Shown: one piece after another, positions 19,916-31,440 of the stretch | Layout of the letters: every line of letters starts with the position of its first letter | Numbering within the stretch: the stretch's first letter is position 1 | Assembly (NCBI GenBank): GCA_046483045.1 | Contig: JAWODY010000036.1 | Span: forward strand, 1,848 to 65,847 | DNA from: Anaerolineales bacterium | Lineage (GTDB): Bacteria; Chloroflexota; Anaerolineae; Anaerolineales; UBA11858 | DNA: 64,000 nucleotides | Direction: 5' to 3' | Notes under the pieces: generated by a model | What the model saw: only the letters and a program-made list of their open reading frames with translations | Databases searched by the model: none | Told to the model about the DNA's origin: nothing | Position numbers and translations under genes: made by a program

Positions 19916-21853
19916 TCATGGGTATTCCCGTAAAGCAGCTGTCCGACTGGTGTAACGGTTCATGGCCTGATCGATTTTCTTTCTTTCCTTTAGATTCTGG
20001 ATCATCGCTTCCCGAAACTGGGAGGCTTTCATGTCCCCATTTTCCTGGGTCGTCTCCATCAGATAGCGCAGGTGGGAGTTCCTGTTCAACACACGCCATT
20101 TTCGCAGACTGAGAAAAGCCCGCATCAAATCCTCCAGGACCTTATCGGCCCGGGGATTGAGGTCCATGCTGTTCTCAAGCAGCTCATGGGCGACCTCCAA
20201 CAAATCCCCTGAGAGATGGTCCATCACAAAAGAACTCGGCTCTGTCTGATTTTGCCGTAAAGCTTCCTTCATGGTCTTGATCATGATCTGATAATTCGTG
20301 TTTTGAAAATCCTTTTCGCTGCAGCGCTCTAATCCCGCTTTTCCCAACTGGCGGTCCACCCGGTACAGCAGTTCCGGATCGTGCAGCAGGATCCCCACAC
20401 AATGCGCTTCATATAAATCCCCTTTGCGGTGAAGCGGGGCTTCATCCCTTTCCGTTCTGGGGCGCTGAGGAGGAGTCCCGGGGTAACGAGCTCGGCGGGA
20501 TCGAGATGAAGAGGAGCTCTGAGGGAAATAGCCCAGCAAGGTGCGTTCATCCACTTCTAATATCCTTGCCAGACGCTGTTGATAGGTATCTCGCTCGATC
20601 GCGCTGGGCACATCTTCGATCAAGGGCAGCACCTGGGATGCCACTTCATTCTTGACTTTAGGATCCTCCAGGTTTCGCCCCTCAGCCAACGTTTCCATCA
20701 CATGGGTGACGATGGGATTCGCCTGGCTGATAATCTGCTGCCACCCTTCCGGATCCCGATTGACGACATCATCCGGATCCATGCCCGACGGCAGGGTTGC
20801 CACACGCAAGTCCGCCCGTAAGCGGGCCTCGCGGTGCAATAAGCCCCGGGCGTCAAATACCAAATCCTGCGTGCGATCCAGGGATTCCCGGGCCACTTCC
20901 AACCCCCGCAGGGTGGCTTTGACCCCCGCCGCGTCCGAATCCATGGCCAAAATGATGCGCTTGGTGTAGCGCTTCACTTTCCGCAGATGATCGTCTGTCA
21001 AGGCGGTGCCCATGGTAGCCACCACATTGTGATACCCGTGTTGATGGGGAAGGATGACCCCCATGTACCCTTCCACGATCACAACTTCGTCCTCCGAGCG
21101 AATCGCCTTCCGGGCCTGGTCCAACCCGTAAAGCAGCCTGCGTTTGTCAAAGAGCGGGGTCTGCGGTGAATTAAGGTATTTTGGGACATCCTCCGGGTCC
21201 AGGATCCGGGCCCCAAAACCCGCTATCCGGCCCCGGCGATCACGGATGGGAAACATCACCCGGCTGCGAAAGCGATCATACACGCCCCCGGTGTCGCGTT
21301 CCGAGACAAGTCCGGCCTGCAGGAGCTCCTCTTCCGTGTAGCCTTTGGATTGGAAGTACTCTCCGGCCGCTTCCCAGGAATCGGGCGCATAGCCGAGGCC
21401 AAATGTCTCAATCGTCTCGTCCGTGATATCACGCCCGTGCAAGTACGCTCGGGCTTCTTTTCCTGCCTCTGTTTTCAGCAGGTTGTGACGGTAAAAATTT
21501 ACCGCATCCTCCAGCAAAATCCGCAGCCTTTCGTACTCTTCTTTTTTCTCTTTTTCCTGGGGGGTAAGGGGTTTGAGGGTCACACCAGCGCGATCCGCCA
21601 GATACTGCAGGGCTTCCTGAAAATCCCAGCCCTCTTTTTTCATGACGAAGTTAAATACATCTCCTCCGTCGTCACATTCGCCAAAGCAGTGCCAGGTTTG
21701 GGTATCAGGGAAAACAGCGAAAGCAGGTGTATTTACATTGTGATGGAAGGGGCAATAGCCGGAGTAATTCTTTCCCGAATGGCGCAGTTCTACGCTCTCA
21801 GAAACCAGGTCAACGATATCAATCCGATCTTTGATTTCATCTGTAACGCTCAT
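19916..21853 (-). CDS. dnaG: DNA primase
   Basis: CPFH Zn finger, KYLNSPQTPLF, IVEGYM, Toprim MDSDAAG. Confidence 0.97.
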   Translation of the reverse strand: MSVTDEIKDRIDIVDLVSESVELRHSGKNYSGYCPFHHNVNTPAFAVFPDTQTWHCFGECDDGGDVFNFVMKKEGWDFQEALQYLADRAGVTLKPLTPQEKEKKEEYERLRILLEDAVNFYRHNLLKTEAGKEARAYLHGRDITDETIETFGLGYAPDSWEAAGEYFQSKGYTEEELLQAGLVSERDTGGVYDRFRSRVMFPIRDRRGRIAGFGARILDPEDVPKYLNSPQTPLFDKRRLLYGLDQARKAIRSEDEVVIVEGYMGVILPHQHGYHNVVATMGTALTDDHLRKVKRYTKRIILAMDSDAAGVKATLRGLEVARESLDRTQDLVFDARGLLHREARLRADLRVATLPSGMDPDDVVNRDPEGWQQIISQANPIVTHVMETLAEGRNLEDPKVKNEVASQVLPLIEDVPSAIERDTYQQRLARILEVDERTLLGYFPQSSSSSRSRRARYPGTPPQRPRTERDEAPLHRKGDLYEAHCVGILLHDPELLYRVDRQLGKAGLERCSEKDFQNTNYQIMIKTMKEALRQNQTEPSSFVMDHLSGDLLEVAHELLENSMDLNPRADKVLEDLMRAFLSLRKWRVLNRNSHLRYLMETTQENGDMKASQFREAMIQNLKERKKIDQAMNRYTSRTAALREYP

Positions 21854-22062
21854 AACAAACCACCAATCAAGACTCTAAAAAGAAAACCACTCAACGGCAA
21901 GACAAATTCGATTATACCAGCGAAGGTATTTTTTTACGGCAGATCAAGATGGACAGTGATACCTTAAAGCCTTAAAAGGGCAGGTGGATATTCAGCAGGG
22001 TTTGGGGCACTATACCGTGGACCTTCTCCCGGCTGGTTGTTAGCTGACCATGCTGGATGTGT

Positions 22063-25000
22063 TTAGAAACCCTCCAGGCGGGACATATCCACCACGCCGT
22101 CCGCAAGATCAGCGATGCGCTGCAGAAGGCCCAGCCGGTTTCGGCGCAGATCCTCATCTTCCGCCATCACCAATACATGATCGAAGAAGCGCGTGATGTT
22201 GGGGATGAGGGGTAGGAAACTCTGCAAGAAATCATCCACATCGCCGGTCCCCCGATCCACGTCCTCCGTCTCCCGGAGAGCCTGATACAGTGCCTGCTCT
22301 TCCTCTTCGACGAAATCATCGGGGTCCACAGGGTATTTACCTTCAAGATCCCGGGTGATTCGCACACACCGGGCATAGCTGTCCAGGATGTGTTCCCAAT
22401 CTTCCTTTTTAACCCACACGCTCAAGGATTCCACGGCCCTGTAGGTGCCGGCAGGATTTTCTCCCTGGGCAGCGACCACGGCGTCCACCACATCATACGC
22501 ATACCCCTGATCCCGGAGCATGTTATGCAGCCGGTCTCGGATAAAGTTCAGGCAGTCAGATTTCGACTCATCAGAGGCGGTCAGGGGGAGTTCTTGGGCT
22601 GCCTCTTCAATCCCCTCCTGGAGATCAAAATCCAAATCCCAGGCTATCAAATTGCCCACCAGGCCAAGCGCTGCCCGGCGCTGCCCGAAAGGATCCTTGC
22701 TGCCTGTGGGGATCACGCCAACTGCGAATAAGCCCACCAGCGTATCCAGACGGTCAGCGATGCTGAGGGCCAATCCGGGTTTCGTGGAAGGTGGGGCATC
22801 CCCGGCAGAACGGGGGCGATAATGTTCGCGAATCGCAGTCGCCACCTCCTTTGATTCCCCGGAATGGAGCGCATAATAATATCCCATCACGCCCTGAAGC
22901 GATGTCATTTCAACCACCATTTGGGTGGCCAAATCCGCCTTGCATAATGCTGCCGCCCGCCGGGTGACGTCCATTTCTGTTTCTGTGAGTTCCAGCTCTT
23001 CCCCCAGGCGGCCGACCAACTGCCGGATGCGGTCGGTCTTCTCCCGCATGGATCCCAGGTCTTCCTGAAAGGTGAGCAGGTCCAGATCCTCAACAAAGGC
23101 CTCCAGGTCTTTTTCTTTGTCCGCCTGGACGAAATACGCGGCATCAGAGAATCGGGCCAGGATCACATCCTCATTGCCCTGGGTTACGGCGCGATATTTC
23201 TCCGTGGCTGCTTCTTGACCCGGTTTATTGGCTACCGTGATGAAATTCGGCAGCAGTTCTCCCTCTTTTTCCACCGGAAAATACCGCTGGTGCTTTTTCA
23301 TCACCGAAATTAAGACTTCCCGGGGCAGATCCAGGTATTGGGGATCGAATTCCCCCATCAAGGCCAGAGGGGTCTCCACCAGATGGGTCACTTCAGTGAG
23401 CAGTTCCGGATCGGTAGGGATCTCCCCCTCCACTTCCGCGGCCAGCGTTTGCATTTGATTCACTATATCCTGCTTTCGTTCTTCCTGGTCCAGGAGAATG
23501 CCCTGATCCTCCAAAGCCCGGAAATACGCAGCCGGGGATTGAACCAAAATCCTTTTTGGATCCATAAACCGCAGGCCCCAGGTATACGGTTGGGAAACCA
23601 GGCCGGCATAAGAAAAGGGCAAGAGAAGGTGATCATGATAGGCGAGCAGCCAGCGCACGGGACGGGAGAATGATACTTGACTCTCATTCCAGCGCATGGT
23701 GAGCTCAAAACCGATTTCCGCGATCAGGTCCGGCAGTACCTCAGCAAGCACCATCCCGGCTGGCCGCCCCTGCTCTCGTTCCACAGCGACCACATATTCT
23801 CCCCCGTCCATTTCCCGAACTTCCAGCTCCTCCACCGATACCCCCTTGGACCGGGCGAACCCCTGTGCAGCCTGGGTGGGATTTCCCTCGGGGTCATAAG
23901 CCCTGTCCGCGGGAGGACCTTTGACCAGCTGTTCCAGATCCGTCTGCCGGGGAGCAAGTTCTTCCACGGTGACGACAAGCCGCCGTGGGGTGGCCATAAC
24001 CTTCATATCCCCATGAGGCAAACGGTGTTCTTCCAAATATCCAGGGACCAGCTCTCTCAGCTGGTCCAGGGCATCCTCCACATCGCCCGGAGGAAGCTCT
24101 TCCGTCCCGATCTCTAATAAGAAAGGAGCCGCCTCCTGGGGAAGATTTTCTGTGGGGAAATCGCTTCCCCCTTTTGCTTCCAGCCCCTTTCCCACTTTCT
24201 CCTCCAGCCAGGGGTACTCCAAGGCCTGGCGCTTTTCAAGATAAGCGTCTGCCACCTGACGGGAAAGGTCGCGCATGCGGTTGAAAAACCCCTGCCTTTC
24301 CGTCACCCCCACCGCGCCCCGCGTGTCCAGGACGTTAAAAGTATGGGAGCATTTTAAAACGTAATCATGGGCTGGCAGGACCTGATGTTCTCGCAGGCAG
24401 CGTTGTGCCTCCGCTTCATATCGATCATAGAGCTCCCGCAGCCGATCCACATCTGCCAGCTCAAAAGCATATTTGCTGAATTCCCGCTCACTCTGCAGCT
24501 GTATGCCGCCGTACGAATGTTCATCGTTCCAGCGGATGTCCCGGAAATCACGGACCCGCTGCAGGGCCATGGCAATGCGTTCCAACCCGTAGGTCAATTC
24601 CACGGAAACGGGATTGAGCTCCTGTCCTCCCGATTGTTGAAAATATGTGAACTGCGTGATCTCCAGCCCATTCAACCAGACCTCCCAACCCAAGCCCCAG
24701 GCGCCCAGCACCGGTGATTTCCAGTTATCCTCCACAAAGCGAATGTCATGAATCTCCGGGTCAATGCCCAGCGCTTCCAGGGAATCCAGATACACCTCCT
24801 GGGGGTTGCCGGGGTCAGGTTTCAATATCACCTGGTATTGGATATGCTGGTAAAACCGATTCGGGTTTTCTCCGTAACGCCCATCATCGGGTCGGATGGA
24901 AGGCTCCACGTATCCCACCCGCCAGGGTTCAGGCCCCAAGACACGCAGGGAGGTAGCCGGGTTCATCGTCCCGGCGCCGACCTCGGTGTGATAAGGCTGC

Positions 25001-25077
25001 CAGATCAAACATCCCCGGTCAGCCCAAAATTTCTCAAGGGTCATGATGATGGATTGAAAATCAAGTGCGTTCTCCAT
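22063..25077 (-). CDS. glyQS: Glycine-tRNA ligase, fused alpha+beta subunits
   Basis: Alpha part ([27 protein letters not shown]) continuous with beta part ([29 protein letters not shown]). ggag SD before ATG 25077. Confidence 0.96.
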   Translation of the reverse strand: MENALDFQSIIMTLEKFWADRGCLIWQPYHTEVGAGTMNPATSLRVLGPEPWRVGYVEPSIRPDDGRYGENPNRFYQHIQYQVILKPDPGNPQEVYLDSLEALGIDPEIHDIRFVEDNWKSPVLGAWGLGWEVWLNGLEITQFTYFQQSGGQELNPVSVELTYGLERIAMALQRVRDFRDIRWNDEHSYGGIQLQSEREFSKYAFELADVDRLRELYDRYEAEAQRCLREHQVLPAHDYVLKCSHTFNVLDTRGAVGVTERQGFFNRMRDLSRQVADAYLEKRQALEYPWLEEKVGKGLEAKGGSDFPTENLPQEAAPFLLEIGTEELPPGDVEDALDQLRELVPGYLEEHRLPHGDMKVMATPRRLVVTVEELAPRQTDLEQLVKGPPADRAYDPEGNPTQAAQGFARSKGVSVEELEVREMDGGEYVVAVEREQGRPAGMVLAEVLPDLIAEIGFELTMRWNESQVSFSRPVRWLLAYHDHLLLPFSYAGLVSQPYTWGLRFMDPKRILVQSPAAYFRALEDQGILLDQEERKQDIVNQMQTLAAEVEGEIPTDPELLTEVTHLVETPLALMGEFDPQYLDLPREVLISVMKKHQRYFPVEKEGELLPNFITVANKPGQEAATEKYRAVTQGNEDVILARFSDAAYFVQADKEKDLEAFVEDLDLLTFQEDLGSMREKTDRIRQLVGRLGEELELTETEMDVTRRAAALCKADLATQMVVEMTSLQGVMGYYYALHSGESKEVATAIREHYRPRSAGDAPPSTKPGLALSIADRLDTLVGLFAVGVIPTGSKDPFGQRRAALGLVGNLIAWDLDFDLQEGIEEAAQELPLTASDESKSDCLNFIRDRLHNMLRDQGYAYDVVDAVVAAQGENPAGTYRAVESLSVWVKKEDWEHILDSYARCVRITRDLEGKYPVDPDDFVEEEEQALYQALRETEDVDRGTGDVDDFLQSFLPLIPNITRFFDHVLVMAEDEDLRRNRLGLLQRIADLADGVVDMSRLEGF

Positions 25078-25129
25078 AACCTTCTCCAAACCTTCCCGAC
25101 GGCAAATCGAATATAAATCCATTTTTGAT

Positions 25130-25214
25130 AAAAGCGGTTGACATCCCATGACTCAAGGCTGGAAACACCGCTTGCTGCCCGATGGTGCTTTTTCTCCCGC
25201 GTTTGAAAATTATA
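25130..25214 (-). promoter_or_regulatory. Extended -10 promoter and structured leader of glyQS
   Basis: TGaTATAAT (TATAAT at 25214-25209 on the minus strand), followed by two mutually exclusive hairpins sharing GGUG. Confidence 0.45.
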
Positions 25215-25434
25215 TCATGGGCTCTCTGATTATCCTGGCATGAATGGAACACCAGACCGACCGGATTTTGAATGACAAGCCGGGCAGCAGACGCTTTTTG
25301 AAAACCAACAGTCTGGACACAAACCACTGAGGAAAAAAATGCTGCCAACCTTTTAAAAGGAACAGATTTGAAGTATAATCGCATCTACTTGAAACGCCTT
25401 TGGTTAACTATCATCCAAGATAAGAGAGTGATTT

Positions 25435-27210
25435 ATGACAAACACATTTACCCAACAATCATGGAGCCTTGAAGATCTTTACCCCGGCCACGACACCGCT
25501 GAATACCAGCAGGCCAGAGAGGACCTGCACTCCAGCGTGGAGGCTTTCCAATCCTTCCGGGGCGAGCTAGACGATGATATCTCACGGGATACCTTCTTTG
25601 AGATCGTCCAGGCCTTGGAAGAATTGACGGAGCAAGCCCAACGGATCTCCTCCTTTGCTTTTCTGTGGTTTACAGAAGACACCCAGGATCAAGCAGCCCA
25701 GGCCCTGAGGGCTCAGATTGAGCAGCTCATGGCAGATATGCACAACAAGACCATGTTCTTTGAGCTGTGGTGGAAAAAGCTTGATCAGGAACACGCAGAC
25801 CGGTTGATGGAAGACAGCGGTGATTACCGGTACTGGCTGGAAGAGATGCGCCATTTCACGCCCTACACACTCTCCGAACCCGAGGAGAAGGTGATCAATA
25901 TCAAGGACGTCACCGGCTACAATGCCCTGGTCACGCTCTACGACTCGATCACCAACCGTTACACCTTCACCCTGGAGGTTGACGGAGAGGAAAAAGAACT
26001 CACCCGGGGAGAGTTGATGGTTTATGTCCGCCATCACGATCCCGATCTGCGCGCCGCTGCATATCAGGAGCTGTACCGCGTTTATGAGCAGGACAGCTCC
26101 ATCTTAGGGCAAATTTACCAGACCATCGCCCGCGATTGGCGCAATGAAAACGTGGATCTGCGGGACTACGACAGTCCCATTTCGGTGCGTAATTTGAGAA
26201 ACGATATCCCTGATCAAGCTGTGGACACCCTGCTGGACGTCTGCGAAGCGAACGCGCCGCTCTTCCAACGCTTCTTTAAACTAAAAGCAAAATGGCTGGA
26301 GATGGACCGCATTCGCCGCTATGATGTCTATGCCCCCGTCGCCAAATCGGATAAGACCTACGAATTTAACGAAGCTGTGGAAATGGTTTTAGATGCCTTC
26401 GACAACTTCGAGCCCAGAATCGCGGATCTCGCCCAGCGGGTGGTAGAGGAAGACCACATCGACAGTGAGATTCGAAAAGGGAAACAAAGCGGCGCCTTCT
26501 GCGCTTCCGTGACCCCGGACCTCTCCCCCTGGGTGAAACTCAATTACCAGGGACGCGCGGACGATGTGGCTACCATGGCCCACGAGTTGGGGCATGCCAT
26601 TCACGCTATGCTGGCCTCCGACCACAACGTTTTCACCTTCCACTCCAAACTGCCCCTGGCGGAGAACGCTTCCACGTTCGGTGAGATGCTGTTGATCGAC
26701 CGCCTTCTGGAGCAAGAGAACGACCCGGCTGTCCGGCGCGATATCCTCTTCCGCCAGATGGATGACGCCTATGCCACCATCATCCGCCAGGCTTTCTTCG
26801 CCCTCTTTGAACGCGAAGCGCACGAGATGATCAAAGAAGGGGCCATGGTGGACGAAATCGCGGAAGCCTATATGGAAAACCTAAAAACCCAGTTTGGAGA
26901 CTCCCTGACCCTGAGTGAGGATTTCAAGTGGGAATGGGTCCTCATCCCGCACTTCTACCACTACCCCTTCTACGTTTACGCCTACGCTTTCGGTCAGCTC
27001 CTGGTGCTATCCCTGTACAAGCGCTACCGGGAAGAGGGTGAAAGTTTCAAGCCCGGGTATTTGAAGATCCTGGAAGCCGGCGGCTCACGGGCCCCAGTGG
27101 AGATCCTTTCCGAAGCTGACATCGACATCACAGATGCCGATTTCTGGCAGGGAGGATTCGACGTCATCGAAAGCATGGTCGAAGAATTAGAAGCGCTGCC
27201 CATCGAGTAA
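25435..27210 (+). CDS. pepF: Oligoendopeptidase F (peptidase M3B)
   Basis: TMAHELGHAIH zincin motif, AENASTFGE, PHFYHYPFYVYAYAFG. Confidence 0.93.
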   Translation: MTNTFTQQSWSLEDLYPGHDTAEYQQAREDLHSSVEAFQSFRGELDDDISRDTFFEIVQALEELTEQAQRISSFAFLWFTEDTQDQAAQALRAQIEQLMADMHNKTMFFELWWKKLDQEHADRLMEDSGDYRYWLEEMRHFTPYTLSEPEEKVINIKDVTGYNALVTLYDSITNRYTFTLEVDGEEKELTRGELMVYVRHHDPDLRAAAYQELYRVYEQDSSILGQIYQTIARDWRNENVDLRDYDSPISVRNLRNDIPDQAVDTLLDVCEANAPLFQRFFKLKAKWLEMDRIRRYDVYAPVAKSDKTYEFNEAVEMVLDAFDNFEPRIADLAQRVVEEDHIDSEIRKGKQSGAFCASVTPDLSPWVKLNYQGRADDVATMAHELGHAIHAMLASDHNVFTFHSKLPLAENASTFGEMLLIDRLLEQENDPAVRRDILFRQMDDAYATIIRQAFFALFEREAHEMIKEGAMVDEIAEAYMENLKTQFGDSLTLSEDFKWEWVLIPHFYHYPFYVYAYAFGQLLVLSLYKRYREEGESFKPGYLKILEAGGSRAPVEILSEADIDITDADFWQGGFDVIESMVEELEALPIE

Positions 27211-27276
27211 GTATCGCGCCTTACCCTTCAGCCGTTCTTCTGCCAGTTTTCATTGAAGTACGCCCACCACCGAATG

Positions 27277-27314
27277 AAAAAAAAGACCGTTCCAACCCGG
27301 GAACGGTCTTTTTA
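27277..27314. terminator. Bidirectional intrinsic terminator
   Basis: aaaaaaaaGACCGTTCC-loop-GGAACGGTCtttttt. Confidence 0.88.
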
Positions 27315-27337
27315 TATACCCATCCTCCATTCCTGCC

Positions 27338-28500
27338 TTAACCCTTCTCTTTGACGAACACATACCGCAGGGCAATCAGAGCCAGTAAATTTACCCCCGC
27401 GGTCAGAGCTGCTGTTAAAGGGAAGCCTACATTGTAAATGGGTGCTGCTATCAGTGACCCCATCCCCCTTCCCAAAGAGGCGCTGGCGATGTTCAACGCC
27501 ATTAAGGTCGCCCGGGCCTCGGGGACAACCCCTGTCATGAGTGGAATAACACTCACAATTGTGAATTCAAAACTTAAGTAAAAAAAGAAGAGCCCGATCA
27601 CCGCGCCTGTCCGGGACCTTCCCAAAAAGGGAAGTGCAGCTGCTGAGAGGCTGCTTCCCAGCAGGCCCACCAAAACAGCTTTCTTCTTGCCCAGCCGGTC
27701 TGATATCAGACTCACACCCCCTTCTCCGATCAGCTCTGAGATCCCAATCACCGCGGAGGCTCCCCCTAAAGCGGTAATTTGAAAAGCAAATGATTCATTT
27801 AACCAGACTCCAAAAACCACATTGACCAGTTGATTTCCCAGACAAATCAGGGCCATCAGGCTCAATCCAGCCAGTGCAGCCTGAGAAGAAAGCACGGTTC
27901 CGAAGTTGGCCATCAACGAGGGTCGGCCCTGCCGGGGTTCAGGATCAGGGGGGAGGGAAACAATCACTAACAGGATGCCTATTAACCCCAGCATGGACAG
28001 CATCCAAAACGCGGATATCAAACCAAAGCGGTCCAATAAAAAACCGACCACCGGCACCCCGATGAAAAAAGCCCCTGACCAGCTCATCTCCGTCAGGGCT
28101 AAAACCAGCCCCGGCGCTGATAAGGGATCTGGTCGCCAAAATAGGCCTGGATGGAAGGGTCAAAGACAGATTTGCCCAGCAGGGAGAGAAGGATGAATAT
28201 AAAAAAGGTGATGACCGATTCATGAATAACGACAGCCAGAGAACCAATACTGAAAAGGAATAAGCCGACCAGCATCCCTGTTTTTCGACCCCGGCTGTCA
28301 GCCAGGGAAGCCAAAAAAGGGCTGAAGAGGCCAACGAACGATCGCCCGGCCAGCATCCTTGCCACCTGTTCCAACCCGATCCCAAACCCTCGCATGAAAA
28401 ACGGTTGAAATGGGAAGACCATCCGGAACCCCGTATTCAACACGGTCCGAATGATGGTGATCAGAGGGACCTGCAGCCAGTATTTTCTCTTCACTTTCAT
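27338..28500 (-). pseudogene. MFS transporter split by a 1-bp deletion near 28105 (pseudogene or sequence error)
   Basis: ORF 28500-28099 (LADSRGRK motif A) ends RRGWF*. The adjacent frame continues VLALTEMSWSG into ORF 28087-27338 (ISDRLGKK). Confidence 0.8.
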
Positions 28501-28643
28501 ATCACGTTACACCACTCTGCCGGGCAGCAATGTGTCTGCCCGGCACCTATCCTAGCACATGTTAGAAATGCTGCCGCTAAGCGGCGCTTCCGTTGCGGAA
28601 TATGCTCAGAAGGCAGCCTGTCGCTGGATGAACCCGTTTATGC

Positions 28644-29405
28644 TTATTCTTCAGGCAGTTCTAAATCCTTCGAAACCAGGGTCCATTCCTTGCTGTACTG
28701 GAACTGTCCAGAAAGGTCAGGATCGACCGTCTCCGTGGCACTCATCCCGCCAACCTGAATCTGGAATTCCCGGGTGGTGATGGACGGCGGGTAAAAAGGG
28801 ATGTAGGGTTGGGAGATATTGGGACAGTTCATAGATCCCCCGTACTCTTCATCAGGATCGAGTGTTTCGCTTAAAGTCAGCGTGATCACCCCATCTTCAC
28901 AAATCCCGTCCTCCAGGACGATGACCGCAAAGCCGTTAGCTTTGATATCACATTTCCCCTCATCGGTTTCCAGGTTGCCATGATTTGTAAAAGGGACCAC
29001 GCAGTCCTCCATGGTCACTTTATCGCGGACCACCGTAAGCGAACAACCAGCCAGAAGACCTGTTGAACCTTCCACGCTCATCATTTCCGTATCCCGGTTA
29101 GGGCTGAAGTTCCAGGTGTGATGCACAAACATGCTGATTTCCATCGGTTCCGCGGGGCATGACAGCGAGACAGGCGGCACATCATCCCCTGCGCCAGTTT
29201 GATCTTCTCCATCCGAGAGATCCAGCGGCTCAAATGCTCCCTCGTCCTGATTTTCTCCATCTCCGGGACCAGGTTCCTCTGCCCCATCAAACCCCGAAAA
29301 GCCCGCAAGCCTGCCGCAGGCGCTGAGGGCCAGGCTGAGGATCAAACATGAAAATAAAATAGTATACACAGGACTTCTGACACGGGACGAACTTTGAAAA
29401 GCCAT
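28644..29405 (-). CDS. Hypothetical lipoprotein
   Basis: Signal peptide with LSAC lipobox, acidic linker, Cys-containing globular C-terminus. Confidence 0.7.
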   Translation of the reverse strand: MAFQSSSRVRSPVYTILFSCLILSLALSACGRLAGFSGFDGAEEPGPGDGENQDEGAFEPLDLSDGEDQTGAGDDVPPVSLSCPAEPMEISMFVHHTWNFSPNRDTEMMSVEGSTGLLAGCSLTVVRDKVTMEDCVVPFTNHGNLETDEGKCDIKANGFAVIVLEDGICEDGVITLTLSETLDPDEEYGGSMNCPNISQPYIPFYPPSITTREFQIQVGGMSATETVDPDLSGQFQYSKEWTLVSKDLELPEE

Positions 29406-29593
29406 GGGTACCTCCCCGAGAGCAACATCATACAAGAGTCTATTTTATAAAGAGAGAGGAACCTCTCTCCCTGGCCATTCGCCTGTAAAGCATTGCAGGC
29501 GATATATGCCAAACCCAACCTATTACTAGTATACAAGCTTATCGAAATTTATTCTATGCACCTGCTCCAACTGCCGGACATCTGATTCCGGGA

Positions 29594-30583
29594 TCATGTC
29601 TGAAGCTCAACAACGTCCTCATCTGCCAGGATATGATCCCGGCTGACCATCTGACCATCGAAATCCGCGCTTTTCCCCCAAATCCGGGCTGATTTCAGGT
29701 TCTTCTCAAAGTCTTTATGCACTTTGGCAGCAAATTCAGCCACGGTGGCGCCTTTGCTGATCACAAAAGGGGCGTTTAGATCCGGCTCTTTTCCGGGCGG
29801 CTGGGAATACACCCTGATCACACCCAAACGGTCGAAGACAGCTTGTTTGAAGGTTTCCAGGTTATATCCCGTTTTCGTTGACACAGGCATTGTGGGACAG
29901 GACTGAACTTTCAACTCCCGGAATATCTGATAGTGCTCCTCATATTCCTTTCCATCATACTTATTGACCAGGATAAGGCAGGGGATGTAGAGGATATACC
30001 CTTCTTCATCGAGGTCCCCTTTCAAATGCAGCGGCGCGATCCTGTTTTCCTGTAAGGTGTCCAGGACATAATTTAACTGACCTACCGGATCCGCCTGCAG
30101 GTCGACCATAATCAGGATCAAATCCACCCGCCGAATGAGGTTCAATAACTCTGGATCGATGTATTCATCGCTCAATGGGGGCGTATCGATCAACTGGACC
30201 TGGATGTTTTCAATGGACATCATGCCCGGCGTGGGTCCCCAGGTTGTGAAAGGAGCCGGGGACACTTCCGGGGTAGCATTGCTGACCGCGTTGATCAAAG
30301 TCGATTTTCCAACGTTCGGCGGTCCGATGACCGCGATCTGACCGGCGCCTTCTTTATCGATGTGATAAGCGGAAACATAGCGCTTGACCCCCTTTTTTGA
30401 CCGCGCAGCGTCCTTGAGCTTGGAAAGCTTTTTCCGCAAATCAGCCCGGAGGTGATCTGTGCCTTTATGTTTCGGAATCAAGCTCAACATCTCTTCGAGA
30501 TGGCTGACCTTATCCGTCGGATTCGAGGCAGACCGGAACCTTTCTTCAGCTTTGTAATAGGAAGGGGGCAGATTCGTAGGCAT
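29594..30583 (-). CDS. OBG/DRG-like GTPase with TGS domain
   Basis: GPPNVGKST, DTPP, NKYD; C-terminal TGS (FAAKVHKDF...ARIWG...DVVEL). Confidence 0.88.
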   Translation of the reverse strand: MPTNLPPSYYKAEERFRSASNPTDKVSHLEEMLSLIPKHKGTDHLRADLRKKLSKLKDAARSKKGVKRYVSAYHIDKEGAGQIAVIGPPNVGKSTLINAVSNATPEVSPAPFTTWGPTPGMMSIENIQVQLIDTPPLSDEYIDPELLNLIRRVDLILIMVDLQADPVGQLNYVLDTLQENRIAPLHLKGDLDEEGYILYIPCLILVNKYDGKEYEEHYQIFRELKVQSCPTMPVSTKTGYNLETFKQAVFDRLGVIRVYSQPPGKEPDLNAPFVISKGATVAEFAAKVHKDFEKNLKSARIWGKSADFDGQMVSRDHILADEDVVELQT

Positions 30584-30722
30584 AATGTCTACAATGTACA
30601 CTGACTTATTACCATTTTACCCCAAACTCAAACAAATCTGCTTCAAACCTATCTTTTTTCTTAAGTAGGGGGGGCAGATACGGACTACAATCATAGTACG
30701 CAGACAGAAAAGGTTTTTGTCT

Positions 30723-31328
30723 ATGAAATTGATGCTGGGCACCAGCAACCAGGGAAAAATCAGAGAGTTTCAATCCCTATTAGAGGGGCTTGACATAGAA
30801 CTATATAAACCCGTCGAGGAATTGTTGGATTTAAACATCACCGAAGATGGGGAAACATATCGAGAAAACGCAGTCATCAAAGCAAAATCCTATGCACAGG
30901 CCGCGGGCATGTGGGCTTTGGCAGATGATACAGGGCTGGAGGTAGACGCTCTTGATGGGGCCCCTGGACTGCGCTCTGCACGTTATGTTCCCACGTCAAA
31001 TGCCACCGACGCGGATCGCCGCAGTTATCTTTTGGAAAACCTGAGGGACAAGCCCACACCCTGGACGGCTCGCTTCCGCTGCGTGGTCGCGCTTGCCCAT
31101 CCGGATGGCCTTGATTTCACTGCACAAGGAACCTGCTCCGGTCAGATTATCCCTGAAGAGCGAGGGAATCACGGCTTTGGTTACGACCCCATTTTTCTTG
31201 TCCTTGCCAAAGGTCGGACGATGGCTGAGCTTGACCTTGAGGAAAAGAATAAAATCAGCCATCGAGCACAAGCGGTCAGAAACCTAATAGCTCACCTCAA
31301 GGATTTAATGGCAGCAGAAGGCGCATAA
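30723..31328 (+). CDS. rdgB: Non-canonical purine NTP pyrophosphatase (dITP/XTPase)
   Basis: GTSNQGK, ADDTGLEVDALDGAPG..SARY, GFGYDPIF, KISHR. Confidence 0.95.
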   Translation: MKLMLGTSNQGKIREFQSLLEGLDIELYKPVEELLDLNITEDGETYRENAVIKAKSYAQAAGMWALADDTGLEVDALDGAPGLRSARYVPTSNATDADRRSYLLENLRDKPTPWTARFRCVVALAHPDGLDFTAQGTCSGQIIPEERGNHGFGYDPIFLVLAKGRTMAELDLEEKNKISHRAQAVRNLIAHLKDLMAAEGA

Positions 31329-31440
31329 ACGTGATGAAAACCGTGAGATCAGAAAGATTCATCCTCCCTGGTAATGGATGAAAAGTTCAAAGTTTTAAGA
31401 TATGATATAGAGACTAAACCCTTATCCACGGCAAACGACG

